Part shown: positions 25,717 to 37,349 of the stretch, piece by piece
Numbering within the stretch: the first letter of the stretch is position 1
Layout: each line of letters begins with the position of its first letter
Sequence record: SRR31156797_6410
DNA length: 53,206 nucleotides
Strand: one strand, 5' to 3'
Program-made: the position numbers and the translations under genes
The notes under the pieces: model-generated
Told to the model about the DNA's origin: nothing
The model's database searches: none
What the model saw: only the letters and a program-made list of their open reading frames with translations

Positions 25717-26982
25717 ATGAAAGTGAATTGGAAAAAGGCAGCTCTAGGATTAGTTTCAGGAAGTGCGTTGTTAGCGCTTGCGGCGTGTGGCGGCAACGGT
25801 GGTAGTACCGATGGTAGTAATGCAGATGCAGGTTCAGGTAGCGATGAAAAAACGCTCACGGTCTCTGTAGGAGCAGACTATATTGATTATATCAATGAAG
25901 TGAAATCTGACTTTGAATCTGAAAATGATGTTACCATCAACGTTGTAGAAATGGATATGTTCGATCAAATGGATGCGCTTCAACTAGACGGTCCTGCTGG
26001 GAAAGGTCCAGATGTTACGATGTCTCCTTACGATCGTGTAGGTCAAGTAGGCTCGCAAGGGCATTTGGCAGAAATGACTTTGCCAGATGATGGACGGTAC
26101 AGCGATACAGACAAGCAACAAGTGACGATCGATGATAAAATCTATGGCGCACCAGCAATGATTGAAGCAGTTGTCATGTTCTATAACAAAGATTTGATCG
26201 ATGAAGCGCCAGCAACTTTTTCTGATTTAGAAGAGCTAGCAAAAGATGATCGTTTTGCAGAAGGCGATGACAATGTTGGTTTCTTAGCTCGTTGGACAGA
26301 CTTTTATTATACGTATGGTCTATTAGCTGGTTATGGTGGTTATGTCTTTGGGGATGAAGGGACAGATCCATCTGATTTAGGGATCAACAATGAAGGTTCT
26401 GTTGAAGCAATCACGTACGCAACTGATTGGTTCCAAAATGTCTGGCCGCAAGGAATGCTGGATGTATCAGCCAACGAAAACTTGATGTTAGATTACTTTA
26501 ACCAAGGCAAAACAGCAGCCATCATTTACGGACCATGGGGCGTGAACGGCTTTGAAGAAGCAGGGATTAACTATGGCGTAGCGAAAATCCCAACGCTGAG
26601 CAATGGCAATGATTATGAAACGTTTGGTGGTGGAAAAGCATGGGTTGTTTCCAACTACTCACAAAACAAAGACATTTCTCAACAATTTGTCGAATATTTA
26701 ACAAACGAAGCTAATCAAGAGAAATTGTATGAAATGCGTCATGATATTCCAGCAAACATTATGGCTCAAGAAACAGTTGCTGCTTCTGATGATCCAGTAG
26801 CAAAAGCAGTGATCGAGCAATACAGTGTTTCACAACCAATGCCAAATATCCCTGAAATGTCTGAGGTTTGGGTAGGGGCTGAAAACATGCTGTTTGATGC
26901 AGGTTCAGGCAATATGACTCCTCAAGAAGCAGCGGATAATGCTGCCAAAACAATCGAAGAAGCGATTGAGCAGAAATATTAA
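25717..26982 (+). CDS. maltodextrin-type ABC substrate-binding lipoprotein (MdxE/MalX-like)
   Basis: Lipobox LAAC; LDGPAGKGPDV; PMPNIPEMSEVW; SD aggagg. Confidence 0.9.
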   Translation: MKVNWKKAALGLVSGSALLALAACGGNGGSTDGSNADAGSGSDEKTLTVSVGADYIDYINEVKSDFESENDVTINVVEMDMFDQMDALQLDGPAGKGPDVTMSPYDRVGQVGSQGHLAEMTLPDDGRYSDTDKQQVTIDDKIYGAPAMIEAVVMFYNKDLIDEAPATFSDLEELAKDDRFAEGDDNVGFLARWTDFYYTYGLLAGYGGYVFGDEGTDPSDLGINNEGSVEAITYATDWFQNVWPQGMLDVSANENLMLDYFNQGKTAAIIYGPWGVNGFEEAGINYGVAKIPTLSNGNDYETFGGGKAWVVSNYSQNKDISQQFVEYLTNEANQEKLYEMRHDIPANIMAQETVAASDDPVAKAVIEQYSVSQPMPNIPEMSEVWVGAENMLFDAGSGNMTPQEAADNAAKTIEEAIEQKY

Positions 26983-26998
26983 TAAATAGCCGATTACG

Positions 26999-27119
26999 GT
27001 CTGTCATTCATGTCGACGATTCTATAGAGGATGTTTGTCAAAAGGATTCCTTGCAACGTAGCACGCAAGAAATTGCTTGATGAGATTGATTTCTATGGAT
27101 CGTCGGCCGCTTGGCAGAC
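26999..27119 (+). other. ~120-nt intercistronic hairpin
   Basis: gtctgtca/tggcagac and gtcgacgattctatag/ctatggatcgtcggc arms; no U-tract. Confidence 0.65.
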
Positions 27120-27142
27120 TTTCGATTTTAAGGAGGATACAT

Positions 27143-28432
27143 ATGAGGACGAATTCAAAAGCCACGCAGACAGCGCTTCTTTCAATCATCCCTGGGGTGG
27201 GACAATTCAAAAATGGTCAGAAATTTAAAGCGGGACTCTTTTTTGCGGTCTTTCTAATTTTTCTAGGCGAAATGCTTTTGTTCGGTGGACAAGCATTATA
27301 TAACTTTGTCACACTGGGATCAGTACCGATGGAACACAATTCTTTGTTCTTGTTGATCGAAGGAACGCTACAGGTCATCGTTACCGTTATTTTCATTATC
27401 TTTTGGGTTTTAAATATCAAAGATGCCTATCAAGTTCGCCAAAGTATTGAAAAAGGGTTCCCGGTGGCAGTTACGAGAAAAGAGTTTTTCAATAAATTGT
27501 ATGAGGATGGTTTCGCTTATCTATTGACGATCCCAGCCTATCTGGTGATGATCGTAGCAATTATTTTTCCGGTAATGGTGACACTCTTCATGGCGTTTAC
27601 CAACTATGATTTTCGACATATTCCGCCAGCAAACTTAATCGACTGGATCGGTTTTTCGAATTTTACGAATATCTTCACCTTAAGTTCTTACCGCGACACC
27701 TTTGTAAAAGTGTTTAGTTGGACGGTGATTTGGACCGTTTTAGCAACTACTTTGCAAATTACCTTAGGAATACTGACAGCAGTTGTTGCCAATCAAAAAT
27801 TTGTGAAGTTCCGTCGGGTCTTCGGGGTGATTTTCTTGCTTCCTTGGGCGGTGCCAGCGTTTATCACAATCATGAGTTTTTCAAATATGTTTAATGATAC
27901 CGCAGGAGCGATCAATACGCAGGTGATCCCGCTATTGAACAATCTGCCCTTTGTGGATATTGGCAATATTGCTTGGAAAACCGACCCGTTTTGGACAAAG
28001 ACCGCGATTATTTTGATTCAAGGTTGGTTAGGGTTTCCATATATTTATGTTATGGTCTCAGGGATTTTACAATCCATTTCTGAAGATTTGTATGAAGCAG
28101 CCAAAATGGATGGAGCAAATGCGATTCAGCGTTTTCGCAATATTACGTTACCGGCGATCTTTTTGGTGGCAGCACCAACCTTCGTTACGCAATATACAGG
28201 GAACTTTAATAACTTCTCCATGATCTATCTCTTTAACGAAGGTGGTCCAGGGAGTTTAGGTGGAAATGCCGGTTCGACGGATATTTTGATTTCATGGATC
28301 TACAAATTGACGACGGGCGGCTCGCCACAATACTCGATTGCTTCTGCATTGACCTTGATCATTTCCTTTGTGGTGATTTCCATTTCATTACTGGTGTTTA
28401 AAAAGACGAATGCATTTAATATGGAGGATTGA
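27143..28432 (+). CDS. maltodextrin ABC permease (MdxF/MalC-like)
   Basis: Multi-TM; LLPWAVP; EAA loop [14 protein letters not shown]. Confidence 0.9.
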   Translation: MRTNSKATQTALLSIIPGVGQFKNGQKFKAGLFFAVFLIFLGEMLLFGGQALYNFVTLGSVPMEHNSLFLLIEGTLQVIVTVIFIIFWVLNIKDAYQVRQSIEKGFPVAVTRKEFFNKLYEDGFAYLLTIPAYLVMIVAIIFPVMVTLFMAFTNYDFRHIPPANLIDWIGFSNFTNIFTLSSYRDTFVKVFSWTVIWTVLATTLQITLGILTAVVANQKFVKFRRVFGVIFLLPWAVPAFITIMSFSNMFNDTAGAINTQVIPLLNNLPFVDIGNIAWKTDPFWTKTAIILIQGWLGFPYIYVMVSGILQSISEDLYEAAKMDGANAIQRFRNITLPAIFLVAAPTFVTQYTGNFNNFSMIYLFNEGGPGSLGGNAGSTDILISWIYKLTTGGSPQYSIASALTLIISFVVISISLLVFKKTNAFNMED

Positions 28433-28434
28433 GG

Positions 28435-29268
28435 ATGAAAAAGAAAAAGTTTTCTTTCAGCAAATTATTTACCTACTTGTTTATGATCGCTTTATCGATC
28501 GTTATCATCTATCCCTTGTTGATTACCGCAACCTCAGCCTTCAAGGCAGGGAATATGATCGCCTTTCGCTTGGATTTTGATGCGGATTGGACATTGAACA
28601 ACTTTCGACGATTGTTCAATGAAACCCCCTATTTGACATGGTATAAAAACACCTTGATCGTGGCTGTTTCCACGATGGTGATCCAAGTAATGATCGTAAC
28701 ACTGGCAGGGTATACTTACAGTCGTTATCGCTTTGCCGGTCGTAAGAGCAGTTTGATGGTGTTCTTGATCGTTCAGATGGTGCCAACAATGTCGGCGTTG
28801 ACCGCTTTTTATGTCATGGGCTTATTAGCAAACGGCCTAGATAGTTTCTGGTTCTTGACACTGATCTATATCGGTGGTGGGATTCCCATGAATACTTGGC
28901 TGATGAAAGGGTACTTTGATACGGTACCGATCGACTTGGATGAATCAGCAAAACTTGACGGTGCAGGGCATTTTCGCATCTTTTGGCAAATCGTTTTGCC
29001 CCTCGTAAAACCAATGGTTGCCGTCCAAGCATTGTGGGCCTTTATGGGGCCATTCGGCGAATTCTTGCTGGCGCGGTTCTTGCTTCGCTCACAAGAGCGT
29101 TTGACCGTCGCAGTCGGTCTGCAGACTTTTATCAACGATGCCCGTAACCAACGGGTAGCACTCTTTGCGGCTGGGGCGATTTTGATCGCCGTACCGATTG
29201 CTGCACTGTTTTTCTTCTTACAAAAATACTTTGTTTCAGGTTTGACCTCGGGCGGAACAAAAGGATAG
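28435..29268 (+). CDS. maltodextrin ABC permease (MdxG/MalD-like)
   Basis: [30 protein letters not shown] end. Confidence 0.9.
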   Translation: MKKKKFSFSKLFTYLFMIALSIVIIYPLLITATSAFKAGNMIAFRLDFDADWTLNNFRRLFNETPYLTWYKNTLIVAVSTMVIQVMIVTLAGYTYSRYRFAGRKSSLMVFLIVQMVPTMSALTAFYVMGLLANGLDSFWFLTLIYIGGGIPMNTWLMKGYFDTVPIDLDESAKLDGAGHFRIFWQIVLPLVKPMVAVQALWAFMGPFGEFLLARFLLRSQERLTVAVGLQTFINDARNQRVALFAAGAILIAVPIAALFFFLQKYFVSGLTSGGTKG

Positions 29269-29278
29269 GAATGATAGG

Positions 29279-30094
29279 ATGTCTGAACAACGATTTCCCT
29301 TAACATACTTTGGGGCCATATTTTCTCCAACAAAAGTCTATGCATGGCGTAAAAAATTAAATCGCTGGCAGCAAGTGTTTGTCTATATTTTCTTGATGTC
29401 CTTGCTGATGATCCCGCTGACCTTGATGATCAGCAAGCAAACGGATCAAGCCTTTGTAGCATTTTTTCCCCATGCAAAAACACTCATGACTGCTGAAACA
29501 GCAGCCGAATACAGTGAACTGCAGCTGGAAGATGGCAAACTTTTAACGGATGAGTCACAAGTCTTTTCGCAAACAGAAGCGGGCATTATAGGTGTTGCGC
29601 TTTCAGAAGCGGACCTTGAGGAAGCAAAATATGCCATCAATTTTCGTGAGACAGACTGGACCATCAAAGAGGAAATCGATGGACAAACCTATCATTATGA
29701 GATGCGTTACACGGCGGAAATGATGCCTGATCAAGTGCATGATGCGGCTTCGTTTCAGAAAGTGATCGAAGACGGCTTTTATCGCAACAACGAGACGGCG
29801 ATTTTCTTCAGCCAGACGATCACGGTGGCATTTTTATTGGTGGCAATGAATAGTATCCTCGTCATGGGCGCAGCGTTTTTCCTCTGGCTGACGAAAAAGT
29901 CGCGACTGTCGACGATCAGCAGTTTCAAAGAAAGTACCAACGTGATTTTAAATGCACTGGGGGCAGGCTCTCTGGTGGCGATGTTGGCAGGATTTATTGG
30001 CGCGGACATCATCTTGATGATTGGGATCCAATCTTTAGGCATGCTGCTGATGCTCTTCTTAGCTTTCTTAAAAACCCGTTTTAAAACGGCCTAA
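29279..30094 (+). CDS. malA: maltodextrose utilization membrane protein MalA-like
   Basis: FPLTYF..IFSP N-terminus, TM segments, position after the permeases. Confidence 0.72.
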   Translation: MSEQRFPLTYFGAIFSPTKVYAWRKKLNRWQQVFVYIFLMSLLMIPLTLMISKQTDQAFVAFFPHAKTLMTAETAAEYSELQLEDGKLLTDESQVFSQTEAGIIGVALSEADLEEAKYAINFRETDWTIKEEIDGQTYHYEMRYTAEMMPDQVHDAASFQKVIEDGFYRNNETAIFFSQTITVAFLLVAMNSILVMGAAFFLWLTKKSRLSTISSFKESTNVILNALGAGSLVAMLAGFIGADIILMIGIQSLGMLLMLFLAFLKTRFKTA

Positions 30095-30099
30095 TTTGC

Positions 30100-30172
30100 A
30101 AATATTCGCAACAAGTCATTTGGACGTGCGCTGGACTTTGGGCACCGATCGATGGCTTGTTGCGTATTTTTT
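30100..30172 (+). terminator. long hairpin terminator
   Basis: cgcaacaagtcat...atggcttgttgcg plus T-run. Confidence 0.7.
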
Positions 30173-30341
30173 CCCTTCGTTTCTTTAAAATCTGTGAAAA
30201 AAGGTTAAGAATCCGTTTATCACGCAAGATTGATGCGATAGTTCTATCGAAAAATATTTCATTTATGGTGAACTAGTGCTAAAATAGTTAGGAGAGTTTC
30301 CAGCTAGGATAATGTAGAAGTAAAAGGAGAATTATTAAGGT

Positions 30342-32846
30342 ATGGCCAATTTTTTTAGAAAATTAATCGAAAACGACAAAAAAGAATTAAAACGTCTTGA
30401 CCATATTGCGAATCAAGTTGAATCACATGCGGATGAAATGGCCGCTTTATCTGATGAACAATTACGCGGGAAAACCGATGAATTTCGTCGTCGTTTCCAA
30501 GAGGGAGAGACTTTGGATAAATTATTACCTGAAGCTTTTGCAGTAGTACGTGAAGCTGCAAAACGCGTTTTGGGTCTTTATCCTTACCACGTCCAATTAA
30601 TGGGTGGGATCGTCTTGCATGATGGGAATATTCCAGAGATGCGTACCGGTGAAGGGAAAACCTTGACGGCGACATTACCTGTTTATTTGAATGCCTTGAG
30701 TGGTCAAGGCGTCCATGTCGTAACCGTCAATGAATACTTGGCAACTCGTGACTCGACTGAGATGGGAGAGCTGTACAACTTTTTAGGATTGACAGTCGGT
30801 TTGAACATCAACTCAAAATCAGCAGAAGAAAAACGTGCGGCGTATGCTTGTGACATCACTTATAGTACAAACAATGAATTAGGGTTTGACTATTTGCGGG
30901 ACAACATGGTGGTTTATCGTCATCAAATGGTACAACGTCCATTAAACTATGCCATTGTCGATGAAGTCGATTCGATCTTGATTGATGAAGCGAGAACGCC
31001 ATTGATCATTTCAGGACAAGCAGAAAAATCGACCGCGCTATACAATCGGGTCGACAATTTCGTCAAACGCTTGACGGAAGAAGAAGACTACAAAATCGAT
31101 ATTCAATCAAAAACGATCGGCTTGACAGAACGTGGGATCGAAAAAGCGGAGGAGACCTTCGGCTTAGAAAACTTGTATGATATCGAAAACACCGCATTGA
31201 CCCATCACTTGGACCAAGCGTTGCGGGCGAATTACATCATGATCCGTGACATTGATTACGTGGTGCAAGATGGCAAAGTAATGATTGTTGACCAATTTAC
31301 AGGTCGGATCATGGATGGCCGCCGCTATTCTGACGGACTGCATCAAGCGATTGAAGCAAAAGAAAGTGTCGAGATCGAAGATGAAACCAAAACGATGGCG
31401 ACGATCACATTCCAGAACTACTTCCGGATGTACAAAAAATTGTCTGGGATGACCGGTACTGCGAAAACGGAAGAAGAAGAGTTTAGAGAAATCTATAACA
31501 TGCAAGTCATTCAGATTCCTACGAACAAACCGATCTTACGGGATGATCGTGCGGACTTGCTTTATCCAACACTTACCAGCAAATTCCAAGCAGTCGTTCA
31601 AGACATCAAAGAACGTCACCGCAAAGGGCAACCAGTCCTTGTAGGGACGGTCGCTGTTGAGACTTCTGAATTACTATCATCAATGCTTGATCGGGAGAAA
31701 GTTCCTCATGAAGTATTGAATGCTAAGAATCACTTTAAAGAAGCGGAAATCATTTTGAATGCTGGGCAAAAAGGCGCTGTAACGATCGCGACCAATATGG
31801 CTGGTCGGGGAACGGATATCAAGTTGGGTCTTGGTGTTGCAGAACTAGGCGGATTGGCAGTTATTGGTACCGAGCGTCACGAATCACGACGGATCGACAA
31901 CCAGTTGCGGGGACGTGCGGGACGTCAAGGAGATCCAGGGATGTCGCAATTTTACCTGTCGCTAGAAGATGATTTAATGAAACGTTTTGGTTCTGAACGA
32001 ATCAAAGTGTTCTTAGATCGGATGAAAATCGATGAAGGCGATGCCGTGATCCAAAGTAAGATGCTTTCAAAACAAGTAGAATCTGCCCAAAGACGAGTGG
32101 AAGGGAATAACTACGATACCCGGAAAAACGTCTTGCAATACGATGACGTAATGCGAGAACAGCGGGAAGTTATTTACGGACAACGTCAAGAAGTAATCAT
32201 GGAAGAAACGGATCTTTCACCACAATTAATGAATATGGTGAAACGTTCCATCAGCCGTGTCGTTGACAGTCATACGCAATTAGAAGAAAGCAATTGGAAT
32301 TATGAAGGAATCGTTGATTTTGCTGCTAATGCACTTGTTCATGAAGATACCATCAGTATTGAAGACATCAAGGGCAAATCAGCTCAAGAGATTAAAGATT
32401 ATCTAAACCAACGGGCAGAAGAAGTCTTTGAACAAAAGAAAACACAACTTAATAGTCCAGAACAATTACTGGAATTTGAAAAAGTAGTGATTTTACGAGT
32501 CGTTGATACGAAGTGGACCGACCACATCGATGCCATGGATCAATTGCGCCAATCGGTTGGGTTACGGGCTTATGGACAAAACAATCCGTTAGTTGAATAC
32601 CAAACAGAAGGATTCAATATGTTTGAAAACATGGTTGGAGCCATCGAGTATGAAGTAACTCGTCTGTTTATGAAGGCAGAAATCCGCCAAAACGTTCAAC
32701 GGGAACAAGTAGCCCAAGGAGAAGCACAAGGGGTAGAAGAAGCACCGGCTGCCCAAGCGCCAAGTTTCAAAAACGTGGGCCGCAATGATCCTTGTCCTTG
32801 CGGAAGCGGGAAAAAATTCAAGAATTGCCACGGGAAAAATATGTAA
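30342..32846 (+). CDS. secA: preprotein translocase SecA
   Basis: [31 protein letters not shown] motif [19 protein letters not shown]. Confidence 0.99.
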   Translation: MANFFRKLIENDKKELKRLDHIANQVESHADEMAALSDEQLRGKTDEFRRRFQEGETLDKLLPEAFAVVREAAKRVLGLYPYHVQLMGGIVLHDGNIPEMRTGEGKTLTATLPVYLNALSGQGVHVVTVNEYLATRDSTEMGELYNFLGLTVGLNINSKSAEEKRAAYACDITYSTNNELGFDYLRDNMVVYRHQMVQRPLNYAIVDEVDSILIDEARTPLIISGQAEKSTALYNRVDNFVKRLTEEEDYKIDIQSKTIGLTERGIEKAEETFGLENLYDIENTALTHHLDQALRANYIMIRDIDYVVQDGKVMIVDQFTGRIMDGRRYSDGLHQAIEAKESVEIEDETKTMATITFQNYFRMYKKLSGMTGTAKTEEEEFREIYNMQVIQIPTNKPILRDDRADLLYPTLTSKFQAVVQDIKERHRKGQPVLVGTVAVETSELLSSMLDREKVPHEVLNAKNHFKEAEIILNAGQKGAVTIATNMAGRGTDIKLGLGVAELGGLAVIGTERHESRRIDNQLRGRAGRQGDPGMSQFYLSLEDDLMKRFGSERIKVFLDRMKIDEGDAVIQSKMLSKQVESAQRRVEGNNYDTRKNVLQYDDVMREQREVIYGQRQEVIMEETDLSPQLMNMVKRSISRVVDSHTQLEESNWNYEGIVDFAANALVHEDTISIEDIKGKSAQEIKDYLNQRAEEVFEQKKTQLNSPEQLLEFEKVVILRVVDTKWTDHIDAMDQLRQSVGLRAYGQNNPLVEYQTEGFNMFENMVGAIEYEVTRLFMKAEIRQNVQREQVAQGEAQGVEEAPAAQAPSFKNVGRNDPCPCGSGKKFKNCHGKNM

Positions 32847-32934
32847 CAAGTTTTGAAAAAGGTGAGAGTAGGCTGGCAGACGTTTTTGTCCAGTCTACTT
32901 TCGTTTGTAAGAAAAAAAGAAAGAAGGAATTTTA

Positions 32935-34042
32935 ATGGAAATCGCAGATATTCGGAATCAATTGACCCAGATGAATGAAAAAATAATCAGTTTTAGGGGG
33001 TCTCTTTGACTTAGATCAGTTAGAAGAGGACATTGCGGAAGCGGAACACCAAATGGCAGATCCTACCTTTTGGGATGATTCAGAAAAAGCTCAACAAGTC
33101 ATTAACGCCAACAATGCCAACAAAGAGACTTACGATCAATTCAATCAGCTAGCAGAAGAATTGGAAGAACTCGAAGTGATGTTGGAAATGATTCAAGAAG
33201 AAGCCGATCCGGAAATGGAAGCAGAACTTGATGCGCGAATCGGTAAGTTAAATGAGAAAATGGCTTCTTATGAATTGTCGATGTTGTTAGATGAACCCTA
33301 TGATCGAAACAATGCCATCATCGAGCTGCACCCGGGAGCAGGCGGTACCGAGTCGCAAGACTGGGGCAGCATGCTGTTACGGATGTATACTCGTTTTTGC
33401 GAACAACATGGGTATCAGGTGGAAACTTTGGACTATCAAGCCGGTGATGAAGCGGGGATCAAAAGTGTCACATTACTTGTGAAAGGCCACAACGCCTATG
33501 GCTATTTGAAGTCGGAAAAAGGCGTGCATCGCTTGGTCCGTATTTCACCTTTTGATTCTGCTAAGAGACGGCATACGTCATTTTGCTCGGTGGATGTGAT
33601 GCCAGAATTAGATGGGGCGATCGATGTGGAGATCAACTCAGATGATTTGAAGATCGATACGTACCGCGCAAGCGGCGCTGGTGGACAGCACATCAACAAA
33701 ACCGAATCTGCTGTGCGGATCACTCACATTCCAACAGGTACAGTGGTCGCTAGCCAAGCCCAGCGTTCACAGCTGAAAAACCGTGAGCAAGCGATGGGGA
33801 TGTTGAAAGCTAAGCTGTATCAATTAGAAGTCGAAAAGAAAGAACAAGAAGCAGCAGCCTTGCGAGGCGAGCAATTAGAGATCGGCTGGGGCTCGCAAAT
33901 TCGTTCTTATGTCTTCCATCCCTATTCAATGGTCAAAGATCACCGAACGAATTTCGAAACTGGGAATGTACAGGCAGTCATGGATGGCGATTTGGACGGC
34001 TTTATCGATGCCTATTTGAAGCTGAAACTGAATCAAAAATAA
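32935..34042 (+). CDS. prfB: peptide chain release factor 2 with programmed +1 frameshift
   Basis: ATG 32935 [24 protein letters not shown], then AGGGGG-tct-CTT-TGA-C; +1 frame joins ORF with SPF and GGQ motifs. Confidence 0.97.
32995..33010 (+). other. prfB frameshift cassette
   Basis: Internal SD AGGGGG 3 nt before CTT TGA C. Confidence 0.95.
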
Positions 34043-34063
34043 CCTGGTATGACTTAAACAGAT

Positions 34064-34080
34064 TGAAACACAATTGTAAT
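34064..34080 (+). promoter_or_regulatory. WalR/VicR-like box upstream of ftsEX
   Basis: TGAAAC-acaat-TGTAAT, 31 nt before extended -10 hexamer TATAAT (34112-34117). Confidence 0.65.
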
Positions 34081-34154
34081 CTGTTGCAAGCAAGGTGAAA
34101 TATATTCATGCTATAATAAGCCAGAATGAAAATTTGAGATGGAGAGATAGCTGT

Positions 34155-34841
34155 ATGATAGAAATGAAAGATATAATGAAAAAGTACTCTAATGGTACGA
34201 CTGCTATCCGTAACCTTTCGATTTCAATTGATCAAGGGGAGTTTGTCTATGTCGTTGGACCATCCGGCGCCGGAAAATCAACCTTTATCAAATTGATGTA
34301 TCGAGAAGAAAGAGCAACAAAAGGCGTTTTGAATGTCGCAGGATATGATTTGGTCGGCATGAAAAACCGTGAGATCCCTTTGATGCGCCGGGAAATCGGC
34401 GTGGTCTTCCAAGACTACAAACTTTTACCGCGGAAAACGGTCTTTGAAAATGTTGCTTATGCAATGCAAGTTATCGGACGCAAACCCCGTGATATCAAAA
34501 AACGGGTGATGGAAGTTTTGGATTTGGTCGGACTGAAACATAAAGTTCGGGTCTTTCCAAGTGAACTTTCCGGTGGGGAACAACAACGGGTGTCGATCGC
34601 TCGTGCCATCGTAAATACACCGAAGGTATTGATTGCGGATGAACCAACCGGAAATCTAGATCCTGAAAACTCATGGGAAATCATGAAATTGCTTGATCGA
34701 ATCAATGCACAAGGAACAACGGTCGTTATGGCGACCCATAATAGTACGATCGTAAATACGATTCGTCATCGCGTGATCGCGATTGAGAATGGCCGCATTA
34801 TTCGCGACCAAGCGGAAGGAGAATATGGTTACGATGATTAG
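34155..34841 (+). CDS. ftsE: cell division ATP-binding protein FtsE
   Basis: GPSGAGKST, IGVVFQDYKLL, LSGGEQQRVSIARA, GEYGYDD end. Confidence 0.96.
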   Translation: MIEMKDIMKKYSNGTTAIRNLSISIDQGEFVYVVGPSGAGKSTFIKLMYREERATKGVLNVAGYDLVGMKNREIPLMRREIGVVFQDYKLLPRKTVFENVAYAMQVIGRKPRDIKKRVMEVLDLVGLKHKVRVFPSELSGGEQQRVSIARAIVNTPKVLIADEPTGNLDPENSWEIMKLLDRINAQGTTVVMATHNSTIVNTIRHRVIAIENGRIIRDQAEGEYGYDD

Positions 34842-35718
34842 AACATTTTTCCGTCATCTCCTGGAGAGTATTAAAAGTTTAAAGCGTAACGGCTGGATGA
34901 CTATCGCGTCATTGAGTGCCGTGACGATCACATTAACATTAGTCGGTATTTTTCTAGGTGTAATCTTAAATGCAACAAAACTAGCCGAAGATATTCGTGA
35001 GAATGTGGACGTGTCGGTTTTCGTTGATATTGGTACAGAACAAGAAGACATGGATGCTTTAGAACAGGCCTTAAATGATCTGCCGAACGTTTCAGAAGTG
35101 ACATTTTCTAGTCGAGACGAAGAATTGCAGAAGATCCAGGATGCCATGGGGGATTCATGGAACTTGTTCGAAGGCGACAGTAATCCACTGTATAACGTAT
35201 TTGTTGTAAGTGCAACAGATCCAGAGTATACGACAGAGATCGCAGAACAAGCTGGGGATTTGCCGAATGTCTTTAAAGCCGATTACGGTGGAGATTCTTC
35301 TGACCGAATCTTTGAATTGTCTGCGGCTGTGCGGACTTGGGGCTTAGCTGCTGCTGTCTTACTGATTTTTGTGGCAATGTTCCTAATCTCTAATACGATT
35401 CGGATCACGATTTTGTCCCGTCAAAGAGAAATTCAAATCATGCGTCTGGTTGGGGCGAAAAACGGCTACATTCGTTGGCCATTCTTCCTTGAAGGCGGCT
35501 GGATCGGACTCTTAGGATCAATTGTCCCAATTGCGTTGATGTACTTCGGGTATCATCAAGTTTATGCAATGGTCAATCCATCCTTGCTACGTTCAAATTA
35601 CAGCTTAATTGCACCAAATATGTTTCTAATACAAGTGTGCGGTGTGATGGCACTGATTGGTATCGTGATTGGTTCGCTTGGTTCCATCTTATCAATGCGC
35701 CGATTCTTAAAATTCTAA
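34834..35718 (+). CDS. ftsX: cell division permease FtsX
   Basis: SLKRNGWMT, ISNTIRITILSRQREIQIMRLVGA, PFFLEG; start could be 34825. Confidence 0.95.
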   Translation: MIRTFFRHLLESIKSLKRNGWMTIASLSAVTITLTLVGIFLGVILNATKLAEDIRENVDVSVFVDIGTEQEDMDALEQALNDLPNVSEVTFSSRDEELQKIQDAMGDSWNLFEGDSNPLYNVFVVSATDPEYTTEIAEQAGDLPNVFKADYGGDSSDRIFELSAAVRTWGLAAAVLLIFVAMFLISNTIRITILSRQREIQIMRLVGAKNGYIRWPFFLEGGWIGLLGSIVPIALMYFGYHQVYAMVNPSLLRSNYSLIAPNMFLIQVCGVMALIGIVIGSLGSILSMRRFLKF

Positions 35719-35732
35719 ACGTATGTTTTATT

Positions 35733-35760
35733 AAAGTCGATCGTCAGATCGGCTTTTTTT
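35733..35760 (+). terminator. intrinsic terminator
   Basis: aaagtcgatc-gtca-gatcggcttt plus Ts. Confidence 0.75.
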
Positions 35761-35841
35761 GTTTCATCACAGTGTTTCTTTACTTTAGGTACTATTTTTT
35801 GATATGCTTTAGTAGCGGGAAATCGGGGAAGAGGTGGAAAA

Positions 35842-37287
35842 ATGGTTGTAATGGATAATTTGGTAACCATTTTATTTATAGTTAATATTTTGTTATCAAT
35901 CATTATCATTTTCAGAGAGAGACGTCAGACTGCTCAGACATGGGCCTGGCTTTTGGTCTTGATGTTCATCCCAATCGTTGGTTTTGTGCTTTACTTTTTC
36001 TTTGGTAGAGGAATTTCCAAGGAAAAGATTTTCGATATGCGCTCACAAGCAAAGATTGGTCTAAACGTTGAATTAGAAGAACAAAAACAAGCACTCGCGC
36101 GTCATTTGTTTCCGCATCCGCCGACTGCTCAAGTAGAAGTCCAGCAGTTAGTCTATCTATTGACGGTCTTTGGTCAATCCCTCTATACGACAGCCAATAG
36201 CATGACACTTTATACCGATGGGCGGCAGAAATTTGATGCCTTGATCGCGGATATCGAACAGGCAAAAAATCACATTCATATGGAATATTATATTTATCGC
36301 AGTGATGCATTGGGAAATGAAGTCAAAGAAGCATTAGTACGAGCCGCAAAGCGAGGCGTAAAAGTAAGAGTCTTATTAGATGCTTGGGGCAGTACTCAAG
36401 TATCATTGAAGTTTTTTGATGAATTGCGTCTGCATGGCGGGCAAATTGCTTTTTTCTTTCCTTTGTTCGTTCCTTATGTCAATCCGCGAATCAATTATCG
36501 GAATCATCGCAAAATCGTGGTGATTGATGGTGAGATTGGCTATACAGGCGGTTTTAATGTGGGAGATGAGTATCTAGGGCAAGTGGAAAAATTTGGCTAT
36601 TGGCGAGACAATCACTTGCGAATTGCCGGCTCAGCAGTCTATTCGCTGCAAAATCGGTTTCTCATGGATTGGAATTCACAACACGCCTTGGAGATCAAAT
36701 ATGATCCTTCTTTGTTTCCTGAAATCAAACAAGCGGGGACAGTCGCAGCCCAAGTCATCACTAGTGGTCCTGATACGGAACATGAAGAAATTAAAATGAC
36801 GTATTTGAAAATGATCAATTTAGCCAAAAAAGAAATCCTAATTCAAACGCCGTACTATATTCCGGATGAAGCCATTCATAACGCCTTAAAGTTAGCACTG
36901 CTCTCTGGGGTGAAAGTTCATATACAAATTCCGAACAAACCAGATCATCCCTTGGTTTACTGGGCGACCTATTCCTTTGCGGCTGAGCTGCTTCATTTTG
37001 GCGCAATCATTGAAACCTATGAGAAAGGGTTTATGCATGCGAAAACGATGATTATAGATAGTGGACTTGTATCGATTGGCTCAGCAAATATCGATGTTCG
37101 ATCCTTTCGTCTGGATTTTGAAGTCAATACGATTATCTATGATGCGCAACTTGCGACTCAAACAAAAGAAGCGTTTCTGGCGGATTCGATCGATTCCAAA
37201 CCATTAACGATCGAAGCATATCAACAAAGAAAATTGACGATCAAGATCAAGGAAGGCCTGGCACGTCTTGTGTCACCGTTACTGTAA
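35842..37287 (+). CDS. cls: cardiolipin synthase
   Basis: Two N-terminal TMs; two HKD motifs NHRKIVVID and MHAKTMIID. Confidence 0.95.
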   Translation: MVVMDNLVTILFIVNILLSIIIIFRERRQTAQTWAWLLVLMFIPIVGFVLYFFFGRGISKEKIFDMRSQAKIGLNVELEEQKQALARHLFPHPPTAQVEVQQLVYLLTVFGQSLYTTANSMTLYTDGRQKFDALIADIEQAKNHIHMEYYIYRSDALGNEVKEALVRAAKRGVKVRVLLDAWGSTQVSLKFFDELRLHGGQIAFFFPLFVPYVNPRINYRNHRKIVVIDGEIGYTGGFNVGDEYLGQVEKFGYWRDNHLRIAGSAVYSLQNRFLMDWNSQHALEIKYDPSLFPEIKQAGTVAAQVITSGPDTEHEEIKMTYLKMINLAKKEILIQTPYYIPDEAIHNALKLALLSGVKVHIQIPNKPDHPLVYWATYSFAAELLHFGAIIETYEKGFMHAKTMIIDSGLVSIGSANIDVRSFRLDFEVNTIIYDAQLATQTKEAFLADSIDSKPLTIEAYQQRKLTIKIKEGLARLVSPLL

Positions 37288-37342
37288 AAAAATGCCCTTT
37301 TCCAAAAGATGGAAGCCATCATTTTGGAAAAGGGCATTTTTT
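37288..37342. terminator. bidirectional terminator
   Basis: aaaaatgcccttttccaaaa...ttttggaaaagggcattttt. Confidence 0.9.
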
Positions 37343-37349
37343 AATAGGA

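Noticed and set aside
32935..33009. prfB as a pseudogene or sequencing frameshift
   Set aside because: Matches the canonical programmed CTT-TGA-C recoding site.
35760..35780. tgtttc-N7-tgtttc upstream of cls as a fourth WalR-like box
   Set aside because: Wrong spacing and half-site sequence; overlaps the ftsX terminator tail.
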